This document shows, piece after piece, positions 51,482 through 63,000 of a DNA stretch of 64,000 bases. The first letter of the stretch is position 1. Each line of letters begins with the position of its first letter. The position numbers and the translations under genes were made by a program. Source of the DNA: an uncultured Gemmatimonadales bacterium (GTDB lineage: Bacteria > Gemmatimonadota > Gemmatimonadetes > Gemmatimonadales > GWC2-71-9); assembly GCA_963821525.1 (NCBI GenBank), contig CAWGED010000019.1, positions 256,001 to 320,000 on the forward strand, written 5' to 3'. Under the pieces are notes generated by a model. The model saw only the letters and a program-made list of their open reading frames with translations, did no database searches and was not told where the DNA came from.

Positions 51482-53038
51482 GTATCCGCACCTCGTAATC
51501 GCCGTCCTCGAACTTCTTCACCAGAGGAAACCGGTCGAACAGCGCCTGATACTCGGCGACCTCCTGGGGATATCGCTTCGGGTCGCGGAAATAGCGGGAG
51601 TACATTCCCTGGCCGAACACCAGGTACTGGTAGCCCTTCACGAAATACCACTGGGGTGGATGCTCCGTCATCCGAAGGGTGGTATCGACCTGAAATTCAT
51701 CGGGGCGCACGAAGGGCGTATAGGACTCGATCATCACCCGGCTGCCCTTGGGGATGTTCTCCTCGATCCAGACCCGCGCCGTCTCCCTGCTGTCTACCCG
51801 GCTCAATCTCAGGTCGAAGTCAATCGCTTCCTTGAGAGGAACCGCGATGCAGACCAGCGTGAGCAACGCCAAACCGGTACCGGCCCAGGCACGCCGACCG
51901 GATGGTGCGGCATCCCGCACCCGGTCCGCCAGCTCCACGACCAGCCACGCGCCCAGCAGGAAGAGGAAAGGCGTTATCGGGAGGAAGGTGCGGCTGTTGC
52001 GCACCTGGAAGCAGGAGATGAACACGTCGTACGCCACCACGAACACGCCCATGAGCACGATCCGGTCGAGCTTGCGGATGTACCCCCAGACCATGGCCAG
52101 CACTGCAAGAATCGTGAGGGGCCCTTCGTACCGCGCGGCGTATTGCAGGTACCAGAGCGGCGCCATCCCTTCCAGCCCCTCGTGCCCGCTGGCGTAGTGA
52201 TACGCCTCTGAGCCGGCGCCGAGCAGGAAACTCACCGGATCGAGAATGGCGAACGGAGTAAAGAGGAAAAACCCGACGGGCATGGCCAGAAAGCACTGGG
52301 TAAGGAAGCCGAACGGCTTGAGGCGCCGGCCGGAACGGAGCCAGTGCGCGGCCACGGGCATGATCGCCACGACGGCGCCGGGATATTTGCAACTCACGGC
52401 GACACCAGTAGGAACCCCGCGAGGAGGTAATCGCGCCGGCGGCCCAGGTCGTAGATCCCGAGGCAGTACCAGCCGACGCCCAATAGCGCTGTACCCAGGA
52501 AGGTGTTCACTTCGATATAGTGGCTTTGGGTGACATTCACCGGAGAAACAGCCGTGGCGAGTGCCGCGAGCAAAGCCGCTTCGGGACGGCCGAAGAGTCG
52601 CTTGCCCAGAAGCCAGGTGAACAGCACTCCGAGCACGCCAACCACAACGGTCAGCGAGCGTCCCATGACCACCGCGCCTGGTGCCCCGATGTGCCCTACA
52701 CCCATGGTCAGTCGCTCTGGGCCCGGGATGTCCGCTGGCGATGAGTAGACGCCACGAGCCTTTTCCACCGCGTAGTAAGGCAGGTAGAGCAGGGCGTTGG
52801 CGTAGATGAGCAGGGTCGGTTTCCTGAAATAGTGCGGATTCAGGTCCCCCGTCTTCACGATGTTCTGGGCGATTTCGATCTTGTTTGGCTCGTCCGGGTG
52901 ATAGAGATAGGGCAGCCCGAAGTCGAGAGCCCAGGCCCGAAGCCCGAGAGCAATAACCAGGATGGCAGCGAGCAGACCCAGCTCGAGGCGACCCGCGGGC
53001 CGCACCTCGGGCCGGGACACTGTCAGTGAAGCACTCAT
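51465..53038 (-). CDS. GT-C membrane glycosyltransferase (ArnT/PMT-like); frameshift near 52410
   Basis: DFGLPYLYHPDE, LNPHYF.KP, SHY, CKYP; many TM segments. Confidence 0.8.
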
Positions 53039-53121
53039 GAACGCCGCATTAGGGGTTTAAGACGGTTAGAATGTAAACTGTATGGGTGCGAAGTTGAGCG
53101 CCGGCAGCGACCGGGCCGGCG

Positions 53122-53979
53122 ATGAGGATCTCTATGGATCTCAAACAGATGCAGGACCCGCTGGGCTTGCTGCGGCTGGGCTACGCCAAGCCGTTGCTCG
53201 AGCTTCAGGTGCGGCGCTGGCGGGACGGGATGGTTGAGGAACGGACGGAGCCGGTGGTGGAGGAAACCCCGGTGGCGGTGGTGTACAATGGGGTGCCACA
53301 CGTGGTCATGATGGCCACCCCGATCGATCTCGAAGACTTCGTGCTGGGATTCAGCCTCACCGAGGAATTGATCCGCACTCCGGCCGATCTGCTTTCGCTC
53401 GAAATCGTGCGCTATAGCCAGGGGATCGAAATCCAGGTCACGGTCAGTCCCGAATGCGACGCGGTGATCGCGGGGCGCACCCGCCGGCTTACCGGACGCA
53501 CCGGATGTGGCATCTGCGGCAGCGACAGCATCGCAGTCGTGCTGAAGGAACCTCGACAGGTCCCGGCGGGAACTCCGGTACCGCCGGCCTCGATTCAGAC
53601 GGCGCTTGAAGCGCTGACCGAGCGGCAGGATCTGAATGCGGCGACCGGCGCGGTCCACGCCGCGGCGTGGGCCTCGGCCAACGGCTCGATCGAACTGGTT
53701 CGGGAAGACGTGGGTCGGCACAACGCGCTCGACAAGCTCATCGGCGCCGCAGTGAAGCAAGGGGTTGATCCGGCGACGGGCTTTGTGGTGGTCACCAGTC
53801 GCGCGAGCTTCGAAATGGTTCAGAAGGCCATGATCCTGGGTGCCCCGCTCCTCGCCGCGATCTCGGGACCCACTGGACTCGCGGTGCGGGTAGCGGAGCA
53901 GTCAGGGATGACGCTGGTGGGGTTTGCGCGGAAGGACAAACTGACGGTGTACACCCACCCCGACCGGGTGGTGAGCTAA
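53122..53979 (+). CDS. fdhD: Formate dehydrogenase accessory sulfurtransferase
   Basis: VMMATP.DLEDF.LGFSLTE, TGCGICG, TGAVHAAA, REDVGRHNALDKLIG, SRASFEMVQK. Confidence 0.95.
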   Translation: MRISMDLKQMQDPLGLLRLGYAKPLLELQVRRWRDGMVEERTEPVVEETPVAVVYNGVPHVVMMATPIDLEDFVLGFSLTEELIRTPADLLSLEIVRYSQGIEIQVTVSPECDAVIAGRTRRLTGRTGCGICGSDSIAVVLKEPRQVPAGTPVPPASIQTALEALTERQDLNAATGAVHAAAWASANGSIELVREDVGRHNALDKLIGAAVKQGVDPATGFVVVTSRASFEMVQKAMILGAPLLAAISGPTGLAVRVAEQSGMTLVGFARKDKLTVYTHPDRVVS

Positions 53980-54944
53980 CCTCGTTGCACTCCCTCGGCC
54001 TGACGCACCGGGCCGCGACTCTGCACGTACTTCCAGCCGAATCTCCCCTTGATACAGAGATTACCGCGAGTCACCTCGTGGTCCAGCGGGGAGGTGACCT
54101 TCACGATCTCGTTGTCCTGCACGTGGAGTTCGAGGGTGCAGCCCACTCCGCAGTAGGGACAGATCGTCGGGGTAACGGATTGCCGGGACTCATCCCAGGT
54201 TCCCGCCGCACGGTGGTCGTGCTCCGACTTGAACATCAAGGCTCCGGTAGGACACACCGCGATACAGTTGCCGCAGTAGACACACGCCGAGTCGGGGAGC
54301 GGGACCGCGAATTCAGTCGAGATGCGGGCATCGAAGCCCCGGCCCGCTACCGTCAACGCGTAGGTGTTCTGGAAGTCTTTCCCGCAGGCTTCGACACACT
54401 TGTAGCAAAGGATGCACTTGCCGTAGTCCCGGACGTAAAGCTCGTTGTCCACTTTCGTCGGCTGGGCGACGGTCGCGCGATAGGCCGGATCGGGTGGCGC
54501 ATGGTGACCCGGCTGCAGGCTGTCGCGCAGCCCGGCGGGCGAGGGTGGAGCGGCGGGCCCGTAACGCTCCCGGTCGGCGTGATATTCCTCTTCCCACCGT
54601 TCCGCGTCCGGCGTGGTGCTCAGATCCACCGAAGACGAGAGGAATTCCAGAACCATCTTCCGGCTGTGCCGGACCCGTTCGGTGTTGGTCCGCACCACCA
54701 TTCCCGGTTCCACCTTCCGGGAGCAGGATGGCACCAGCACTCGCGACCCTTCGACCTCTACCACGCAGACCCGGCACACATTGACCGGATGCAGGGTTTC
54801 GAGGTAGCAGAGCGTCGGGATTTCCTTGTCCCGCTGCCGGCATGCCTCGTAGATCGTGGTGCCTTCGGGGACCTGGACCGTTTCGTCATCGATCTTGAGG
54901 TCGACGGTACGGCGCAAAGGCTCGAGCTGAACGAGCGGGGTCAT
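53976..54944 (-). CDS. FDH iron-sulfur subunit (2Fe-2S, 2x4Fe-4S, plus Mo-bisPGD-type Fe4S4 module)
   Basis: IPTLCY, CRVCVVEV, CILCYKCVEAC, CVYCGNCIAVCP, CPYCGVGC...LCIKGRFG. Confidence 0.88.
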   Translation of the reverse strand: MTPLVQLEPLRRTVDLKIDDETVQVPEGTTIYEACRQRDKEIPTLCYLETLHPVNVCRVCVVEVEGSRVLVPSCSRKVEPGMVVRTNTERVRHSRKMVLEFLSSSVDLSTTPDAERWEEEYHADRERYGPAAPPSPAGLRDSLQPGHHAPPDPAYRATVAQPTKVDNELYVRDYGKCILCYKCVEACGKDFQNTYALTVAGRGFDARISTEFAVPLPDSACVYCGNCIAVCPTGALMFKSEHDHRAAGTWDESRQSVTPTICPYCGVGCTLELHVQDNEIVKVTSPLDHEVTRGNLCIKGRFGWKYVQSRGPVRQAEGVQRG

Positions 54945-56825
54945 CGGGTGGATCCGTTGAACAGGTGAAGGCGTTTGACCGCCGACTCGACGGCGCTATA
55001 GGCGGTCTGCCCCAGACCGCAGATGGACGCGTCCTTCATCGCAACGCCGATCTCCTCGAGCAATGCCAGCTCCCCGGCTGTTCCACCACGAGTCTTGGCC
55101 GACTTGAGCCGGTGGAGCGCTTCCTCCTGGCGGACGGTTCCCACCCGGCAGGGCACGCACTGGCCGCAGGACTCGTCCCGGAAGAAGGCGGCGACCCGCA
55201 GGATGATGTCCATCATGTCGATCGTGTCGTCGAAAACCATGATGACGCCGGAGCCCAGGGTCGCTTGCGCCGCGCGCGCTCCCTCGAACGTCAGCGGCAT
55301 GTCGAGCTCGTCAGGACGCACGAAGACGCCGGCTGCACCGCCCAGCAGAATCGCCTGGAGCTTGCGTCCCCCGGCGACGCCGCCGGCCATTTCCAGCAGC
55401 TGGCGCAGGGTCGCCCCGAAGGGCACCTCGTAGGTTCCGGGCCGGGTCACATTGCCGGAGAGGCAGAAGAGCCGAGGGCCAGCGGAACCTTCGGTACCGA
55501 TCTTGGCATAAGCGGGTCCGCCGATGCGCAGGATCTCGAGCACGTTGACCAGCGTTTCAACGTTGTTGATGACCGTGGGTTTGCGGAACACACCGGACTG
55601 CACCGGGAACGGAGGCTTGTTCCGCGGCTCGCCGCGGAAACCTTCGATCGAGTTGAAGATCGCCGTCTCTTCCCCGCAGATGTACGCGCCCCCGCCTTTG
55701 CGGATCTCGATGTCGAAGTGGAAGCCGTGACCCAGGATGTCTTCTCCGAGGAACCCGCGAGCGCGTGCCGTGTCGAGGGCATTCATCAGGCGCTCGTAGG
55801 CCAACGGATACTCACCGCGCAGGTAAATGAAGCCTTCCTCGCAACCGGTAGCATAGGCCGCGATGGTCATCGCCTCGACCAGCCCGAAGGGATCTCCTTC
55901 CATCAGGGCCCGGTCCTTGAAGGTGCCAGGCTCCGATTCATCCGCGTTGCAGATCAGGTAATGAGGCCGCACCGGCTGGCGCGCCACCGCGTCCCACTTC
56001 CGCCCGGTGGGAAACGCCGCGCCTCCCCGCCCCATCAGCTTCGCGTCGTTGACTTCGCGGATCACGCCTTCAGGACCCAACTCGATCGCCCGCCGAAGGG
56101 CCTGGTAGCCGCCGTTCGCGCGATACTCATCCAGACTCGTGGGATCGATGGAGTCGACCCGCCGGAGCAGCCGCAGATTCGCGTCACCCGCCTGCGGGAC
56201 CCGGGGATGGGGAGCGGTGGTCGCCTTGAGATCACCCGACAGCACCTCACCCACCGATGCGGCGGTCACTCCCCCGAACAGCCGGTCCACCGGGTTCTCT
56301 CCGGCGATCTGCAGCAGCGCAGCCGGCGCCTGATCGCAGAGGCCGAGGCAGGGACTACGGAGCCATACGGCGCCGTCGTCGGGAATCACGTGGTGATCAC
56401 CCTCCGGCCCATGGTGGTACGCGGGCCCGACCGTCCGCTCCAGCTCCTCGCACAACTCGGCCGCGCCCTTGCAACGGCACCCGATGTCATCACAGACGTG
56501 CAACACCCGGCGGGGGCGCGGCACGGTGGAGAGCAAAGCGTAGAAGGTCACAACGCCGTAGGCGTCGGCGGGCGGAACTCGTCAGCCGCTCGCAGACGTA
56601 GTTGAGCGCGCCCTCGCTGATCCAGCCCACGCGGGACTGAACCGCCTGAAGCGTTGGTAGCAGGAGATGCCGCTGGCCTCGAGCCGCATGGCCTCCGGCC
56701 GCGGTATGAGCATCCCGCTTCTGTCGCTCACCCCCCTCCCAACCGGAGGTGGGCTGACCGAGGAACGCGTCAACCGCTTCGCGCTCTTCGTCGGTCGGGT
56801 CGGCCTGCAGGAGATGGAGATCCAC
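54941..56825 (-). CDS. NuoE-NuoF fusion diaphorase subunit; 1-nt frameshift near 56579
   Basis: LLLPTLQAVQ..GWIS, CDDIGC, CLGLC, GRGGAAFPTG.KW, NADESEPGTFKDR, GAYICGEETA, ESCGQCVPCR. Confidence 0.9.
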
Positions 56826-56844
56826 TGAGATTTCGTGAGAGGAA

Positions 56845-58782
56845 TCAGGACTCGGGGGAGCGCTTGACGGTCGGACGATCCGCCGCCGCCCGCACTGGCA
56901 CGACACTAATGGCGCAGGCCTTGAACTCGGCGGTGCCGGACTTCGGATCGGTGTAGTCCACCGTGAGGACGTTGGTCTTCACCAGATCCTGGAAGTGGAG
57001 GGTCATGAAACAGAGGCCTTTGCGCAGCGACCGGTCGATACGCACTGGTGCCACCACACTGCCTCGACGCGAAGCGATCCGCACCGGATCCCCGTCCATC
57101 AACCGCAGCTCCTTGGCGTCCTCGGGCGACATGTCCAGCGTCTCACCCCGCCGCAGTGGCGAGGAGTATCCGCCGGTCTGCACTCCGGTGTTGTAGGAAT
57201 CCAGCCGTCGGCCGGTGGTGAGCAGGAAGGGATACTCATCATCGGGTTGCTCGAGCGGCGGATCGTGCTCCACGACCGAGAACGGCGCCGGCGGTCCCTC
57301 GATCGGGTCCTTCCACAGGCGGCTGTGGAGGAATAGCTCTCCGGGATGGTTCTCGTCATAGCAGGGCCAGTGCAGGCCGCCTTCCTTCTCCAGTCTGGCG
57401 TAGCTCATGCCCGCGAAGTTGGGCGCCAGGCGACGCACTTCGTTCCAGACGGTTTCGGCCACCGGGGGACCCAGATCCACCCCCAGACGCTTCCCGATCT
57501 CGCAGATGATCCACATGTCATCGCGGGCTCCGCCGGGCGGCTCCAGCGCCTTGCGCAGTCGCTGCACCCTCCGCTCGCTGTTGGTGACCGTGCCCTCGGC
57601 CTCGCACCAGCTCGATGAGGCCGGGAAGACCACGTGTGCCAGCTCGGCGGTACGGGTAAGGAAGATGTCCTGTACCACCAGATGGTCGAGACCCTTCAGC
57701 AGCTCCTCGGTCCTGGTCTGGTCCGCCTCGGACTGGGCCGGGTTTTCCCCGATGACGTAGAGCGAACGCAACTCGCCGTGCTCCATCGCCTCGAACATCT
57801 GGGTCATGTGCTTCCCGTACTGCGGCTTGAGCGACACTCCCCACGCCTTTTCGAATTTTTGCCGGACCGCGGGGTCCGTGGTCCAGTCCTGGAAGCCGAC
57901 GAGGCGGTTGGGAATGGCGCCCATGTCGCCGCCGCCCTGGACGTTGTTCTGGCCGCGCAGCGGATTCACTCCCGATCCGTAACAGCCCACGTGGCCGGTG
58001 AGGAGCGAGAGGTTGATCAGCGAAAGGACGTTATCAACCGCATTGTGGTGCTCGGTGATCCCGAGGGTCCAGCAGATGACGGCCCGGTCGGCTCGCGCGT
58101 ACGCATGCGCCGCGCGCTGGATCACGTCCGCCGGAACACCGGTTTCCTGCTCGGCATACTTCAGCGTGTAGCGCTCCACCGCGTCGCGATAGTCGTCGAA
58201 ACCGGTCGTCGCCCGGCGGATGAACGCTTCGTTGGCGAGGCCCGCGTGGATGATCTCCCGCGCCATCGCATTGGACAGCGCAATGTCGGATCCGACATTC
58301 AGTCCGAGCCATTCATCGGCCCACTGCGCGGAGCTGGTACGACGCGGGTCCATGACATACATCCGGGCCCCGCGGTGAATCGCCTTCAGGACATGGTGGA
58401 AGAAAATCGGGTGATTCTCACGGGCGTTCGCTCCCCAGAGGAAGATGACGTCCGTCTCTTCCACCTCACGGTAGGAGCTGGTTCCCCCACCGACACCGAA
58501 CACCGTCGCCAGACCGACGACGCTAGGAGCGTGTCAGGTCCGGTTACAGCTGTCGATGTTATGGGTCCCGAATCCCACCCGCGCCAGCTTCTGGGCCAGG
58601 AAATTCATTTCGTTGCTGGCCTTCGAGCAGCTGAACGTGCCGATGGCGTCACCGCCATGCTTGTCGCGCACGGTGCGGAACCCCTCGGCCGCGAAGTTGA
58701 GCGCCTCGTCCCATGAAGCGGGACGCAGGCCGCCATTATCTCGGATCAGGGGCTCGGTGAGTCGGGTGAACTTCATCGCCAT
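56845..58782 (-). CDS. fdhF: Formate dehydrogenase catalytic Mo/W-bisPGD subunit, selenocysteine at UGA 58534-58536
   Basis: ORFs 58534..58782 and 56845..58503 in frame: NIDSCNRT-UGA-HAPSV; PLRGQNNVQGG, LTTGR, TAEFKACA. Confidence 0.92.
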
Positions 58783-58930
58783 GAGAGACTCTTTCGAGGT
58801 GGTTGAGCCACAACCGGTAGACGTTCGGTTGTCACCTCAAGCTACATCGAACAATGGTATTCCAGAATAGAGGGCTGACACCGGGATAGAGGCCTGCAAT
58901 CGGCCGATAGGCCTGACCGATGGAGTTCGG

Positions 58931-59860
58931 CTAACTCCGCTCCGGGACGAGGGGTTTGCCCTGCTCCAGGGACGCGGCGACGTCGATCGTGGTGCAGATT
59001 CGGGCCAGTTCGCGAGCGGAGGGGGTTAGCGGCTCCCGATCCGGCATCACCAGGCCTACCGTGTGGATCGCCTTGGGGTGCTCGATGGGAATGGCCCGCA
59101 GGCCCTCCGGCTCCCCAAAGAGATAAAGGAAGGTTTGCGACAATACGCTGGAGTATGCCAATGAACGCAGGTGCGACCACAACGTGAGGACGGAATTGGT
59201 TTGAATCGCGGGGTGCACTTCGGCGTCGGCGGCCCGGAAGTGGCCATCGAGAATCCGCCGATTCTGCATATCCGGTGTCAGCAGGCACAGGGGAACGGTC
59301 GCGGCTTCCGCCCACGAAATGCTGTCCCGGTGCGCCAGCGGGCCGTCCGCCGGCGTGAACAGGAAATAGCTCTCCCGGTACAGCGGGATGGTCCGCACGT
59401 TGGAGAGCGGCTCGTTATCGAGATAGGTAACCCCGACGTCGAGGGTGAAATCGTCGAGGCCCCGCTGAATCTCGATCGAGGCGAGCGACCACACGGTAAT
59501 CGTGACGTGCGGATGCTGGCGCGAGAACGGCAAGGTGAGGAGCGACACCATGGGCAGCGCCGTGGGGATCGCTCCGATGTGGAGCCGCCCGCGCAGCCCT
59601 CCCCGCAACTCGCTGGCTTCCTGTTCCAGACTCTCGCAGTCGGCGAGGATTCGCCGGGCCCATTCGAGCACCCGCTCGCCCTCCGGAGTCAGTCCCTCGA
59701 ATCGCTGTCCCCGTCTCACGATCAGCAATCCCAGCTCTTCCTCGAGCTGTTTGATGCCGGCAGAGAGGGTAGGCTGAGTCACCGTACACGCGGCTGCCGC
59801 GCGGGCGAAGTGCTTCTCATGCGCCAGCGCGGTCAGGTAGCGAAGGTTGCGGAGCAGCAT
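58931..59860 (-). CDS. LysR family transcriptional regulator
   Basis: HFARAAAAC.VTQPTLSAGIKQLEEELG, LTPEG. Confidence 0.93.
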   Translation of the reverse strand: MLLRNLRYLTALAHEKHFARAAAACTVTQPTLSAGIKQLEEELGLLIVRRGQRFEGLTPEGERVLEWARRILADCESLEQEASELRGGLRGRLHIGAIPTALPMVSLLTLPFSRQHPHVTITVWSLASIEIQRGLDDFTLDVGVTYLDNEPLSNVRTIPLYRESYFLFTPADGPLAHRDSISWAEAATVPLCLLTPDMQNRRILDGHFRAADAEVHPAIQTNSVLTLWSHLRSLAYSSVLSQTFLYLFGEPEGLRAIPIEHPKAIHTVGLVMPDREPLTPSARELARICTTIDVAASLEQGKPLVPERS

Positions 59861-60046
59861 GAGAGAGAAGCTACCCGGGGGGAACAGGGTCCGACAGCCC
59901 GCGACGCCCGTCCCATATCGTTATGATTTAGCAGACCGTCGCCTCGGGCGACGGAGCGAACGGAGCCGCAACGCGGCTCGTGGAGGTATAGATCGTAACG
60001 ATGAAGACGTCGCGCCTTCCGTACCCGCGCGCCGGCATTGCTGGTC

Positions 60047-63000
60047 ATGCCTGAGGCGCGCCTCTCTCCCCACCGCCGGTTCAAGAACCGCAGGCACAGT
60101 CGCGTCGAAAAACCGCTCCGCGCCGAGCTGCTGAGCATCGAGCGACTGGAAGAGCGGGCTCGCGCCCTCGCGGGAAGCTTCACCCTCGCCCGCCAGACGC
60201 AGATCGGCGACCGCCGCTTCTTCCGCCGGCTCGATGACAACGCCCGGGTTCTGCGCCAGACCTACAAGATCCTGGCCGAGGCGGTGCACCGCGAGGAGTT
60301 CGTGGCACCGGCTGCCGAGTGGCTGCTCGACAACTTCCACCTGGTAGAGGCAGAGATCCGGGGAGTCCGGCACGACCTGCCCCGGGAGTACTATCGCGAG
60401 CTCCCCAAGCTCGCTCCACGGGACATGACAGGCATGGCGCGAATCTACGCCATGGCGCTCGAGCTGATCAGCCATACCGACGGACGGTTGGACCGCGTCC
60501 AGCTGGTGCGGTTCATGACCGCCTACCAGAGCGTGGCCCCGCTCACCATCGGCGAGCTGTGGGCGTGGCCCAGCATGCTCAAACTGGCCTTGCTGGAGAA
60601 TCTCCGCCGCCTGGCCGACGAGACCCTGCAAAGCCGAGAGGCACGGCTTCTGGCCGAGAGGCATCTCGCTTCGCTCGATGGGCGCTCGCGGCAGCGAGGT
60701 CAACCGTCTCTCCCTGATGTCCTCGGTTCCGCCTATGTCGTGCACCTGCTGCAGCGAATGCGGGAGTACGGTGCCGGTGCATCCCGGCTCCAGGCCGCCG
60801 TTACAGAACGGCTGGCCAATGAGGGGACCACGGCGGAAGAAGTGATTCGGACCGAGCACCAGAATCAGGCGAGCGCGCAGGTGTCGGTCGCGAACGCCAT
60901 CACCAGTCTCCGACTCTGCTCCACCCTCGACTGGTCGCAGTACTTCGAGACGGTGAGCCTGGTGGAGCAGGTGCTGCAGCGCGACCCCTCCGGCGTGTAC
61001 GGGCGCATGGATTTTCTGAGTCGTGACCGCTACCGGCAGGCGGTCGAGGAATTGGCGGAACCGAGCGGCGAAGCACAGCTCCGTGTGGCGCTCCGCAGCG
61101 TCGAGAGCGCTCGGGCCGCCGCGGCGGCAAGCTCGGCCGAGCATCGGTCCGCGCACGTAGGATGGCATCTCATCGGGCGGGGCCGTCCCGACTTCGAAAC
61201 CGACGTCGCGTATCACCCGAAGTTCACCGCCCGGGCACGGCGCTTCGTCTTCGCCCACGGCACCGCGGTCTATCTCGGCGCGATCGGGCTCTGGACACTG
61301 GGACTGGTCGCCGGGGCAGCCGCCTATGTGCGAGGCTCCGGAGGAACCTTGGCCGGTGCGCTGTGGACGGCGGCGCTGCTGCTCCTCCCCGCGAGCGAAC
61401 TCGCGATCGCGGCGGTACAGCGTCTGGCTGCGCACCTGGTCCCGCCGCGGCGGCTGCCACGGCTCGATTTCCTGAACGGGATTCCTCAGGAAGCTCGGAC
61501 CATGGTCGTGATCCCAACACTGCTCACCAGCCCGGACGGAGTGGCACAGCTCCTGGAACACCTCGAGGTGGTGGCACTCGGGAATAGCGATCCTTTCATC
61601 CACTTCGCCCTCCTCACCGACTTCGCGGATGCCCCGGAAAAGGAGATGCCGGGAGATGCCGAGCTGCTGGAGGCGGCGCGCGCGGGGATCGCTGCCATGA
61701 ACCGGCGCCTGGGGGACGGGCGCGGCGATCTCTTCCATCTCTTCCATCGGGTGCGCCAGTGGAACCCTGGTGAAGGAGCCTGGATCGGCTGGGAGCGCAA
61801 ACGCGGGAAACTCGAGGAATTCAATCACCTGCTGCGCGGAGCGGGGGACACCAGCTTCATGGTTCATGAAGGGGATGCATCGGTGCTCCCCAATGTCCGC
61901 TACTGCATCACCCTCGACAGCGATACCCTGCTTCCTCGCAACGGCGCGCGAAAGCTCATCGGCATCATCGCCCATCCGCTGAACCGGCCGCACTTCGATC
62001 CACGGCTCCGCCGAGTCACCGAGGGTTACGGCATTCTCCAGCCGCGGGTGAGCGTGACGCAGGCCAGTGCCGCCGGTTCGCTGTTCGCGCGGGTATATGC
62101 CGGGCATACCGGGGTGGATCCCTATACCACCGCGGTGTCAGACACCTACCAGGACCTCTTCAACGAGGGGATCTACACCGGGAAAGGTCTCTACGACGTC
62201 GATGCCTTCATGGCGGCGCTGGATGGTCGGGTCCCTGAGAACGCCCTGCTCTCTCACGACCTGTTCGAGGGTCTTCACGCCCGTCCCGCGCTGGTGACCG
62301 ATGTGGAAGTGGTGGACGACTACCCCGCCAGCGTTCTGGCCTTTGCCCGGCGCCAGCACCGGTGGGCGCGAGGCGACTGGCAGATCCTCTTCTGGCTCTT
62401 CCCCGTGGTTCCCACCCGCAAGGGATTGGAGCGGAACACCCTTCCGACCATCTCCCGCTGGAAGATCCTGGACAATCTGCGGCGTACGCTGGTGGCGCCC
62501 GCAACAGTCGCCGCACTGGTGTGCGGGTGGCTGATCCTGCCCGGACATCCGCTGGCCTGGACGATTGGCATTGTCGCCACGCTCGCGTTTCCGCTCTATC
62601 CCCTGCTGTTACATCTGCTGGCCGGCCCGGGTCCCCAGGAGCCGAATCGGGTGTTCTTCCGGATTCTGATCGAGGATCTGAAGACCGGCGCGGCGCAGGT
62701 GCTGCTCCAGCTCACTTTCCTGGCGTATAACGCGTACCAGATGGTCCACGCCATCGCGCTGACCCTGGTTCGCCTCATCGTTACTCAGCGTCGTCTGCTC
62801 GAGTGGGAAACGGCCGCCTCCACAGCGAAACGCGCCGCCGGCATCTCGGGCCAGAGCGGGACCCGGTTCTTCTTCGGCCAAATGGTGGCGAGTCCGGTGA
62901 TCGCCGTCGTCATCCTCCTCCTGGTCGGAGGAGCGCGGCCCAGCGCGGTTCCCGCCGCGGCCCCGATCCTGATTCTGTGGGCGGCCGCTCCGGCCGTGGC

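Noticed and set aside
3904..56825. Frameshifts in glgP, DUF3536, ybdK, glnN, copA, nuoEF, glycosyltransferases and others as programmed frameshifts or pseudogenes
   Set aside because: Scattered 1-2 nt indels in otherwise well-conserved genes, without shared slippery motifs; most consistent with long-read assembly error, though reads are needed to confirm
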